The notes below the pieces were generated by a model, which was not told the DNA's origin, did not search any database, and was given only the letters and a program-made list of their open reading frames with translations. Below, in pieces: positions 1 through 11,008 of a DNA stretch of 43,897 bases. The translations under genes were made by a program, and so were the position numbers. This DNA comes from Halocafeteria seosinensis (taxonomy: Eukaryota): positions 62,001 through 105,897 of the forward strand of contig LVLI01000250.1 in NCBI GenBank assembly GCA_001687465.1, read 5' to 3'. Position 1 is the stretch's first letter, and each line of letters opens with the position of its first letter.

Positions 1-3000
1 AGTCCGACAAGGTAAATTGTAGACTTCCTCCCATTCGTTGTGCCAAGTTCTGACACGAAGGTAGGTTCATGGAGAAATCTAAATAAGTACTTGCGTTTGA
101 AAGGAAATTACTACGGATCACATCTTCTTTCATTTCTCCCTCCAAGGCCCGTTCCTTTTCCAAGATTTCCAGTGGCCCCCGTCTCCCGTATGTGGCCAGC
201 GATGTTTCTTCTTCTGTAACATCGCTGCCGCCAGTAGAGTTGTTTCTGCCCGGGGACAGCGGCTGCGTCGAGTGCCCACAGATCGCATGGGGTTGCGGAT
301 CTGCTGGAAGATTGAATCCAGCAGTTTCAAAAAGATGTGCAATAGTCATGCCCGAATTATTCAACCTCAATGGTCGCGGAACTAATGTGGGAGAAACTGG
401 AGTGTGCATAGTCTGATACAAATGGCGAGCTCCAACTTCCCTGAAAACTTTATAAGTCATAATATCCGCTACGAATTGGTTCCTTGTTTGGCTGTCTTTG
501 CTCTTGAGGGTTCGGTAGCCTTCAACAAGGTGTCCCAAACTCCCACCAACGACATCGATCTGAACGTCGTCCGGCTTACTGTGATATTCTTCCACTTCCT
601 CTGGAACATCCTCAGAGAGATCCTCAGACCCCGAGGACCCAAGCCGTTGGAAGAATCGGCAAGGATCATCTCCGAGCAACGATCTTAAATAGCTTCGCGG
701 AAAAACCATAAAGCTAATATAAGGAAGTGTAGAGATCACACTGCTTCCAAGATGTTCCCTAGAAGCGCTTATATCAACGTCCTGCCATTTCAGACGAGAC
801 GGACACACAATCGGTGTAATACGCACTACCGGAGATGGCTCCTTGGTATTCTTGCCTTCTTTCCCAGATTCTACGACGCATATCTGTTTACATACAAAGA
901 TGCACATATCCAGAAGGCGTCGCTTGCCCGTGGAACCGGATGATGAGAGTTCCTGTTGGCGTACAACACGGGCAATGTTAGCGGTGACATCAGTAAGTAG
1001 CTGCCGCATCCGCAAGCCGTCAGCGAAAAAGGAAACATCAGTGCACTGTCCGTCAAAGAACAGATCTGTATGTACTTCGTGAATGGTAGACAAGCGATGC
1101 TGTACGTCCCTTAATAGTGACGATGCGTCTACCCTCTCAGGAATGAGTTTCAAGTTTCCTGACTGTAACTTTTCTCTTGAAAGTTGCATATCTTTAAGCA
1201 CGCGTTGCATTTGAGAGACTTTCTCGCGAGCAACGTGAAGATCGTATGCGGAGCCAGACTCGGCTATCGTGTGAAGGACTTCAGCAACCACAAACAGGGG
1301 ATTCGCGAGCTCATGAAGAGCGTAACTCAGAATTCGGGAATGGGTTTCTCTCGCAGCGCTTTCGACCAACTCTCGTTCCTTTGACCGCTTCTCTTGCTCC
1401 GTCTGCTTCTCCTGAAGCTTTCTGTTGCGATGGTACAGCCATCCTTGCCAAGAAATAAAGAGAACGAAGACAATCACGCTTGGAGTAACTACAATGGGAA
1501 TGAGATTCACATCACACGTCGAGCCTATCCAGCCACTTCGACAGGAACAAGAGCCATCACTCTGGCAATCGCCGTGTTTGCATTTACCTTTCCTCGCACA
1601 TTTTCTTTCCTTCCAGCTCGGAACAGACTGCATTTTCACGATGGCACAAAGTTCACGTAGCCAGGGTACACTGTGGCAATTCATCATACATACCAGTATT
1701 ACTCTCCGCGAAGACAGGTAATCTGGAGACACAATGTGATATTCGTCATTTTTGTCATATTGAACAAACATGTGCCTCCCGCCTCTATTTTGATGGTCAT
1801 CCGTGAAGTCCATCGGCCCAGAAACAGTGGGGAACATATTGTTTCGTAACGCATGTCGTATCTGCAGTCGCGTAAAATTCTAATTCAAGCAAATGGAACC
1901 TAAGCGACACCAAAAACTGAACTGAACTTACTTCATCTGCAGACCGACATCCACAAGTTTGCATTGACCAGTACAGTACTTCGATACCTGAAAAGTGTAA
2001 TGCGGACTGGTACGGTGGCAATTTGCCGAACTCTGTTAGGAACCTTTCTTCAAAGGAAGGCGGTGTAAAACACGGTTTTCCTACACAAAAGTGATCTCGT
2101 CTCTTAAAAAACCCAGGATCTTGGGGAACCCGAGGATCCCATACTGTTTGTCCCATAATGTATCTCCCTCTTCTCTTCGGATCTCCATTGACCATATCCT
2201 CATCCCAGTTGGGATCAGAGGTACAGTGTGTAAATACAGAGTTCTTTAGATGGATATTCAAGGCTTCCGCGAGAACCACGAATTTCTTGCAAGAACGGTA
2301 GAAGAGACATCCGACAACAACGTCAGGGGATTTTGTTTCCACGATGTCCAATGCCCTGAAATATCATAATAGCACCTCACACACGACTAACACAAACCAA
2401 AGGAAGTTCCGGACTACTCGCCAATACTTACCGTTTGATTTCCCGTTCAAGTTCACTCTCATCGTCAGAAACCTCAATTGATACCTCTGCTTTTAGGTCT
2501 ATGGTTGGCCTATCGCGTCCCTGCATTGTACAATTGTACAATAGGAGAATTGACCACAGTCTCTTCGGGAACAGACAACGTGAACTACTACGCTATGCTT
2601 ACCTGATTCGACGAAGGAAATATGAATGCCTCCGGGTCATAATTACATGCGGCATTCGAGAACAGATCACCCTTTTCGGTAATTATGACAGCAGTCCGGA
2701 CTCCACCACTAGCCAAGACTGGTAGCCCAAATCTGCGGACATCCATCAGCCTAAATGAACGCCGTCCAAATGAATGAAATCTATGCAAATAAATTACCTT
2801 AAATAATCTCCTGCCGGGGGTGTAGTCGAGAATGTGTTCTTCCCCACAAAGAGGCTTTCCACAGCCGCTCCAGAAGCCATAAGAATTTTGTTGGAGCGGT
2901 CCGCAATCTCAGCCGCTATCGAGGTGAGAGTCGATGAGAACGGCCCAAGAGCTACCGCGTACCTACTCTCATCGGATGTCAAATATTCAGTCAAGTTCGC

Positions 3001-3628
3001 AACTTTTGCCGGCTGAGATTCATCATCATGGATTTCTATAACAACAGGGTGGGTCGTGTTTCCGATAGTAATCCCTCTGCAGTTCCCGTTTACCATATCA
3101 CCAGTGAAAAAAGGCTTCCAGAAGACGATATCTATACACTTACCCGAATTCCCTGTTGATCCAATCGACTCCCATAATCCATGCATCTGCTAAACGTTGT
3201 CCTAGGGGTCCATGGCGGCCCGTGAGGGACATCATCCCTCCGAAATAGATCGGCTCCACACCAATATTCGACGCATTCTCAGGAACTGTGGACGTCCTTT
3301 GTGGGTCAAACGGAGTGTCTCCTCCTAATTGGCGCCCAATATGGAAAGTGCCATGGACGCTCTCTGTGGCAGAGGCAGTTAATGGGGGTGCACAAGGGGA
3401 CGACGCTCCGAATAAAACCACTAGACCGAGGACGGCCAAGCACATTATCTTCATTTCATCCAGGATCAAAGAGGAAGATCGAGCATCATACGAGAAGAAC
3501 GCAAACAGTCCCCCTCGTCTTTTACGTCTTTCGAGTACATCTCGGTACTCTTTTGACATGGCATTTATGTCTGCTTTCGGCCTGCTCCTCCTCCTCCCGG
3601 GTGTGGGAGCCTCTTTTATGAATTTCAT
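1..3628 (-). CDS. Spliced receptor: signal peptide + type-1 periplasmic-binding (Venus flytrap) domain + EGF-like module + TM helix + histidine-kinase-like domain; 3' end outside window
   Basis: Upstream exons give PBP1 motifs IYFGGMMSLTGRHGPLG..GVDWINREFGG, DDES, LGPFSSTLT, MASGAA and FPTVSGPMDF. The exon from 1627 to <1, translated by hand, is open throughout: CKHGDCQSDGSCSCRSGWIGSTC (EGF), IPIVVTPSVIVFVLFISW (TM), SYALHELANPL (H-box), ADGLRMRQLLTDVTAN (N-box-like), LPSCQNLAQRMGGSL. The first in-frame ATG is 3628; the Met at 3454 (MKIMCLAVLGLVVLFGA) looks like a signal peptide and may be the true start. Confidence 0.82.
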
Positions 3629-4648
3629 GGGGGCGCTTCCTCTTCGTTATAGGACCCCCACTGATGCGTTACAGAAGAAAAAAGGAATTCTACTCGAAAA
3701 TAAGAATTCTTCTTTTCTTCCCAAGGACTTGAGCGCATCATCAATTCAACCGAATTCAAAATATGTGTCAGGAGAAGCGACCGGAGTTAACAGAAACGGC
3801 GAACTGCCGAGATCAAGAACACGTTCGGAATACGATAGTCCGTATATTGATTGCTCGTGTTATCTCCTTCCGGGGATGCTATAAAAAAAAGAGAACACAC
3901 TCTATGTAAACCTGCAGTTGTTCGGTTATTCAAGAAACCTTGTTGGCGGCTTTGGCTTCCTGACCGTGTAATATTCTTCAACTATTCAACTTGAACAACG
4001 TGTGGAACGTTCGGAGAGTTTATTCTGTTCTTTGTATAATACAAGATTGTCCGTGTTCTTTCTTGGTCTGTCTTTCTGTCATTTTCGTTGATTGTCCTGG
4101 TCAAGTAGCGCATATCCAACGCCAAGGAAGAGGCAGTGCATCAGTAGAAGCGTCGCTTCAAGTGGCCCCTCAAAGGTGACCGTGAGTGGCTCGCGAACGA
4201 AACCACTAAAAAAACTTCAGTTAAAAGGCGAAAAGCGTTTCGGCATGCCCAAAGTACAGTGTAATGCTTGCTTTTTTGGACGGCAGACTATCTGGGTCAC
4301 TGAATCAGCAGCTGTGGTGAAGTACATACAAACACAGGCAGGGGTTGTGGTGACCAACTTGTGGTCAAAGTACGAAGAAGCATGAAAATACTTTGTGTCC
4401 GTTTGTTTGAAACATAGTAAATGAAGTTAAGATCTTTGAACCTGTATTTGCAAACGTCCTCACTCGACGATCTTCATATCTCCTAAGAGCCATGGGGGGT
4501 AGTGGTATCTTAAGAGCTCAGAGTCCGTACGTATTCTAACCTAACACTCCACCTCCAGGATGCAAACGGAGGTTGCCCTACGTTGTCTAGCAACTATGTC
4601 GCCACAACATGTTGGAAACTCGAAGACGATGGCGAGAGTTGAGAGCGA

Positions 4649-5633
4649 TCATGCTTGGTTTATTAGCCACTGTATAACGGTCTCCACGTTGCGATGTAAA
4701 CTAGCAGATACTGGGACAACGATCCAAGGGTTGTCTAAAATGTAATCCAAGTTCAGTTCTGCAGACAACAAGCTCAGATGTCTGACTGAGCTCACCGCAG
4801 TTCTTACCCGTAGAAACAAGACGCACCTCGTATAAGCTCCTCTTCCTCCAAATGCGGTTCCAGGTCCACTTTGTTCGCTACCACGCATAACGGCATTCCA
4901 ACTAGGCTCCTGAACGGCCAAACACTGTGTTTCAAAATTTTAGTCCTCGTTACGCCTTGTTTCCTGAAGTACGTACCTGTCTTCCAATACTGCACCAATA
5001 CATGGAGGATGGACGAAAAGAACGCAGCGTATGTTAACCACTAATCTAGTGCAAAAAATCAACTGGTAGCATGCTTACAGCGATGTAATTCCGCTCGTGC
5101 TTCCGGTACACTATTCCTCTGCATTCAATGTTTGGGGAAGGACGAAATCTGTAGGCTAGTTTGGAATTCAGCCAGAACGCGGATGCTGCTTACATCGTAG
5201 GTATCCACTACAAACATGATAACATCACATCCGCGTGCATATCTCCCCCATTCCATTCTGTATTGTCTTTGGCCACCAATATCCCTGTATTATATTTCAC
5301 GGAGGCAAAAACAAGCGGTGTCTGCAGAAGTTGCCGGCCTCCTAGAACGCTCAGTGTCTTACCAGCACTTCATATTGACATTACCCGCCTTCACTCCTTC
5401 CATATTTAGACCTATTGTAGGTGCAGGGATACTTTCTGGAGGTTTACCAGCCGACATCACCCTTACTAACGTCGTTTTCCCTCTGCAAACTCGCCGATAC
5501 TTCGTCCGGGTGATACGCATGCATCAGCCATCAACCATACGACCAGTACTTACGCTCCACTTAACCCGACGATCGCTATCTCCAAGTGTTTGGAATGAAA
5601 GAGGCTCAACAGCCTTGATAAAAGCGCCCCCAT
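4649..5633 (-). CDS. ARF-family small GTPase, Arl8/Arl18-like (7 exons)
   Basis: Spliced translation MGALLSRLLSLFHSKHLEIAIVGLSGAGKTT...PTIGLN...[29 protein letters not shown]...LHRLLEDRSLVGMPLCVVANKVD...VPVSAS...WLINQA*. G1-G5 motifs are present, there is an N-terminal MG, and the junctions read are GT-AG and in phase. Confidence 0.9.
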
Positions 5634-5921
5634 ACTGTTGGGATCTGTCGACGTGGCATACACTACACTACAAACTACCACCACATACGATGGGGGGGAA
5701 ACTGTAGAATCTTTCCCCCGAAGACTACCAATGGTACTTAAAGTATAAAACTGGCTTAATCAATACTGTCTCAGTGTATATCAGTAGGTCAGCTCTTGCT
5801 GGGGTTGTACTTCAAGAAGCGGAATGTTCGTGACCCATACGACCCATACTTGTCCCCCATTGCAACTACTCTACTCCAAGCATATTTTAAACACCATGCT
5901 CGCTCATGTCCAGCACCGTCA

Positions 5922-7632
5922 TCAATTCTTTCTCGAACCCGATGAGTTGTCGTCGTCCTCCTCGAAGATAAGACTTCGCAAGGCTTGCTCATCCGGTTGG
6001 TAGTCTTCAGGAGCCTTCTCATGACTAGCCAATTCTACGTCAGGGATCTCGGTAAACGCTGCGAACTCGGACCCTAGACTCTTCAAACATTCTTCCCACA
6101 TTCTTGTAGAAGGACGCGTGCGAACTGTTCTATCTGATTCCTCGGAATGATCTTCCATCTTCGACTGTGTGCATTTTCGGAAGACATCATAGAGGTGGGG
6201 ATGACTGACAATGATCCAGTACCCCAGAGACAGCTCCTTCAATAATTGTTCGCGAGACCATAAAGCGATGGATCCGAACAAACCGGTATCCCCGGAATTG
6301 ACCGACTCTGTAAGCATCTTTCTGTCAACTCGCTCCAGTAAATCAGGTACAGTGCTGGAGTCCAGTTCATCGGTCCCTTGGAGCCCTAGCACACGAGGAG
6401 AAAACATACAAAATGTATTTGACGTTACAGGTCCTCCACTATACACCGGTAAGCGTTCCACCATAGAGGAGTCTGAATGAAATTTTCTACGAGGATAAGT
6501 GAACTTCTGCTGAGCACCTTCCAATTCTCTGGTAAATTGTGAGTATGACCGATCCATTTGGGCAGACATCTTCGATTTCTTTCCTCGCTTTCGCTTCTCC
6601 ACATCACCATCAGACGCTGTAGGCTGCCCATGTTGCCTTCGCCTGTTCTTCGAGATCTGGTCAACTAATGCATGCGGTTTTTTGGTGGTCTTCCATACTG
6701 CTTTTCGTCTCCCACCACGAGACGCAGATCCTTGGTCTTCTGTAGCATCGGAGTCATTGCCACTTCGCTCGCCACTTTCGGGATTACCATGTAGATTATA
6801 GCGCCGCACAACTTGCTCCTCGTTCAGTATCATGCCTACGACCTCTCCGTTCGCAGTTTCGCTGCATTTCCGTAACAACAACGAAACGAGAAGGAACCGG
6901 TTCGAACGCGTAATTGAGGTTTTTCACGAAGATCCCGAGTACTTACGACACGTCTGATAGGTAAATAAGTTTCCGATTGAAAGGATCAGAGACTTGAGGG
7001 TGTGCTAGAAGGAAGTGCCCCTCTCGAGGCAACTCCTCTTCCTGGAACGGTTCTGTGTCATGCGCTACTTCTGTCGTGCTTCTACTGTTCAAGTACTTTG
7101 TATTTGGAAGAGACTCAACAGTCCCAATTAAACCCAAGTGACGCGCGAAACTAATCCTCTCATTTAAAAACCTCAATGCACGGAAGCCAGCCGAAATTCG
7201 ATCCGATTGACTTTCCTTTGTCTGTCGCCACAAGAGCTACCCATCATGGTGCAAATCTGACCCAATACCAATGGTAGTAGAAGCACACTCACCTCTGTCT
7301 CCCTAAATTTGTGCCTTACAAGTTCTGTGATACAAACGGGACGATTACCTCCTTTTGAGGAAGGCCAGTACATGACTTTGGAACCTGGTAGTACCAGTTG
7401 CAGTAGATTCTTATCAGACTTTTTCCCGAAAGGATGTACGTGTATCAGCGCCTGCAAACACGCATTCCCAGCAAACCAAACAAGGTGCTCCCGATTTCAA
7501 ACAAAAGCATGACCGCAATACGCATCATACCTTGAGAGAAGGCTGGGCATCGAACCGCCATGCTAAAGTCAAAAGTTGCTTATATAGCGGACGAAGCACA
7601 GCCAGGCTGCCACTTCCAGAGCCTGACGGCAT
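5922..7632 (-). CDS. YqgE/AlgH (DUF179)-like protein with N-terminal LYR-like domain (4 exons)
   Basis: Exon 1 reads MPSGSGSGSLAVLRPLYKQLLTLAWRFD, followed by ELVRHKFRE..SAGFRALRFL. DUF179-like motifs follow: GHFLLAHP..PFNRKLIYL, VVGMILN, PVYSGGPV, FGSIALWSREQLLKELSLGYW. Confidence 0.7.
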
Positions 7633-7916
7633 TGTTGCTGTCCCAGGAAAAACGTCAAACTAGTGGCCAAAACTATGAAGAGAAATGTTCAATATGAGCC
7701 CATCAAAATACACAAACAAGTACTGTGCTTTCGGCAAATGTACAGTACCGGGTAGGTTGTTCGACTTCCTGCACGCGCTATTTTGTGAAGTCGGAGGTGG
7801 AAGAACATGTACTGTATTGACGATACGTCGAATTCGTATATTACTTGTTATTATAAAATATTTGTGTTTAAAGGGATATCAGGAGTAATAATGGCATTAG
7901 ACTTGGCGATTCAAAC

Positions 7917-9542
7917 TTATTGCTCCTTCTTGTTTTCTCCGTCGGTCACGACACCAATGCGAAGCGTGTGGATCAAATTGTGGGCGGCGTTGCTGTGCTT
8001 GTATACACCTCCGACAAATTTCTCCGTAATATCCTTTCCAAGGTTAGTTTTAATCATATTCTTACCACCTGGATGTTCATCCATGAATTCCTCTACATCA
8101 ATTACGAGACCGTTAAAAACCACCCATTTCTGTCCGTGCTGCACACGGTCGCGAACCTGCTCCATAGTGTATCGGGGGAGCACATCGTAGTCTGGACCCC
8201 AGTATATTTTAGACGCTTCGTCGTGTGCCGCCTTAGCTTTCATCTGCACTTTTCCCTTATGGATCTCGTTCTTCGGGAATTCCTTGAGGTCATACGCAAG
8301 CCCCAGGAACTTCAGTGTAGCAATGAACCACTTGGTTGGATCGTATTGATACCATTCAACTCCATTCCTGTAATCCGATGGAAATTCATGATGGAAGTTG
8401 TGGTATCCTTCTCCCACTGTCAAGAGAGCTGTGATCACGCTGTTTTTGGCAGTGTGGCCATCAGTATACGTGCTTTCTCCAGCCCAATGAGCCAACGAGT
8501 TGACGAAAAATGTAGAATGGTGGACAAATACTAGTCTAGCGATACCGGCGAGGAAAAACCCTCCCCTGTAGTCATTCCAGAAAAATCCGGCGACGAGCGA
8601 TGGTAAAACAAAGCCGAAGAAAAGAGCAAAGAGTCCATAGTAACGATGCTGGAACCGAATAATCCATTTCTCCGTCAAATCCGAGATGTCAACTCTTCCA
8701 ATTTTGTCCTTGTCTTGTTTCACAAACATCCAGCCAATGTGCGAGTGCCAAAATCCACGAGTTGCGGGATACGGGTCTTTCTCCGTGTCCACGTATCGAT
8801 GATGTGCCCGATGATCTCGGGCCCACCACTTAACACTTCCTTCGACAGCGCCAGATCCCATGCAAGTCAGCAGGATTTCGGTGAATTTGGTTCCGCGGTA
8901 AGCACGATGCGCGAAGAGTCTATGGTACCCTGTAGAAAAAACATACACATTAAAAAAACCACGGTGGTGAGTTTGGCGCATGCCTTCGCACCCACACTTC
9001 CAGCTGGAAGGGACCGCGGGAAAACTAGCTTCCGTTGGGAAGCTCACGGGGGACCCTCAAAGGGAGCAAAAAAGGTAGCTCTCCTTCTGCACCTGACACA
9101 TGTTTACCTCGTATACTCGCCCTCATACCACCCCTTTGGAACAGGTTCCACCCGTGGGATACACAAGGGGAATAGGACAGGAATTGGGCAGTCTTAATTA
9201 CTTACCAGCAGTGATGCCAAAGCCCGAAAAGAAGTAGTAGGCGACAGCCCACAGGAGGGTTTGCCACTGATATTCGCAGGTAAATAGGCCGTATAAGCCT
9301 AGTAACGGAGTCGATCCCAAGAGGAATAGGTGAAGGTAGTTGATACGCTTGTGTAGGGGCTGTTCCTCCAAGTGAGGACCCAAGAAATCGGCCTTGTTGG
9401 GGTCTACTTGCACCCGGGGATTGGCTTGCGTAGCCAAATCTCCAAAGGCTGGTACCGCTTGTTTCTCTTTGGAATACGCCGTAGAGGCTGCACAAGCCCC
9501 AGTTTTACGGTCCTCCAGACCGGAGGCAATAGGAGGTGTCAT
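7917..9542 (-). CDS. OLE1: Acyl-CoA delta-9 desaturase with C-terminal cytochrome b5 domain (OLE1 type); intron 8930-9205
   Basis: GITAG|YHRLFAH, HRAHHRY and GEGYHNFHHEFPSDYRNG histidine boxes; the C-terminal b5 domain has FMDEHPGG and HS. Confidence 0.95.
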
Positions 9543-10245
9543 CTTGTTGAGTCCACAGAAGGAATACAAGGAGAAAAAGCAATGCAATGTATCCTTTTAC
9601 CCCGTTAATAAGGAGACTCTTTCCCTTTATACACAAACACAGAAAGGAGGAAACACGGACTTTCTCCTTGCAAACGATTTGATAAAAAAAACTCCAGAGC
9701 TGGAACGAAGTCCCAACCAATTCAGCTGTGATAATAATTGTATGTGTCAGCCGGATCCCGTCGCACAAATGCGGGGATTCGCTGGCTGGCTTCAACCAGA
9801 GAGAGTCTCCAATGTTTCCCGCAGGAATTCCACAAGACGTCTAGTGAACCAAGCATCAAAAGAAGTGAATAAGCTGGAATTAGCAAAAGCAGTGTGATAC
9901 TTGTCAATGTATGGTGTGAGCACGCCTGTATTCAACCACACCACAGCATGGTCTTGTACAGTCGAAGTTGGATTTCTTGGAAGCCAAGCGGCATACAACT
10001 CTCTAGTTTGAGCTCCTGAAGTTTTGCCTGTGGTAGAGGTTCTCCTCCTCAAATAAGGATATATAGTGCAGTGCAAATTTGCCACTGTTCACCTTAACGT
10101 ACCACCGTCACGTCGTTCGCATTCTTAGGACGATGAAGTTGAAGTTGTGGGGGAAATAGTGTACTATTTTCGTGGTAGTCCAATACATACCCAAATGGTC
10201 TTGGTTGATTTCATGGGAATATACCATTTATTATTAAGGCTGAAA

Positions 10246-10957
10246 ATGGCATCTTCGAATCCATACGACCGAGACCTGGAGCGCCGGCGGCAGCGTCAGG
10301 CTGAGATGACGGCGAAAGCACGAGAGGGCAATGAGCGTCTTAGAGAGAGTCTACGCACTCTACAGGAGACCGAAGCCATGGCACAGAGTACCTCCGAAGA
10401 GCTGGCGAACCAGAGGGATACACTGCACCGAATTAAAGGCAATGTGGAAGATATGGACTACCAACAGGTATGTCAATGAATGCTTTGTGTGTTTGGGAAC
10501 CCTAATGACGACATGGACCCATTTCCCGGGTTGCTCACAGGATAGGGCTCACTACCACTTAAAGAGAATGAATGGGGTATGGTCCCGAATCGGTAGCTGG
10601 TTCAAAGGTGGCCCAAAGAAACCGGAAAGCTCACAACAAACGACCCACGAAGGGGTACAACCGTCTCGTCTGAGAAGCACTGACAGTCGAAGAACTCGTT
10701 CCACCGAGAGCCGGGAGCGTCGTAGCAACGATGATTATGAACACTCAAACACGGAAGTTGGGCAAATGCTGTCTTCGCAGGATAGGTATTTGGAAGAAAT
10801 CGAAGGATCGGTGGACAACCTAGCCCAACGAGGCAAGGGAATAAGGGATGAAATTGAATACCAAAACCAAGTTGTTGATGATGTAGGCTGCAAAATTGAC
10901 AACGTAGAGAGGAGAATGGAAAAAAATACAAAAGAAGCACGGAGGCTTATGCGGTGA
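10246..10957 (+). CDS. SNAP-25/SNAP-29 family Qbc-SNARE; intron 10468-10540
   Basis: Two SNARE heptad motifs, each with a central Gln (TSEELANQRDTL; IRDEIEYQNQVVD), joined by a linker; no TM anchor. Confidence 0.85.
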
Positions 10958-11008
10958 GAGGATCATATTGCCTTCGAAAGCATGTGAGGCAGGCCTGAGG
11001 TTGAAGTG

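Noticed and set aside
3288..5707. Plus-strand ORFs 3288-3884 and 5216-5707
   Set aside because: They are largely antisense to the receptor and Arl genes, with no independent coding evidence.
7920..9897. Long plus-strand ORFs (204, 183 and 167 aa)
   Set aside because: They are antisense to the desaturase exons and have no recognisable motifs.
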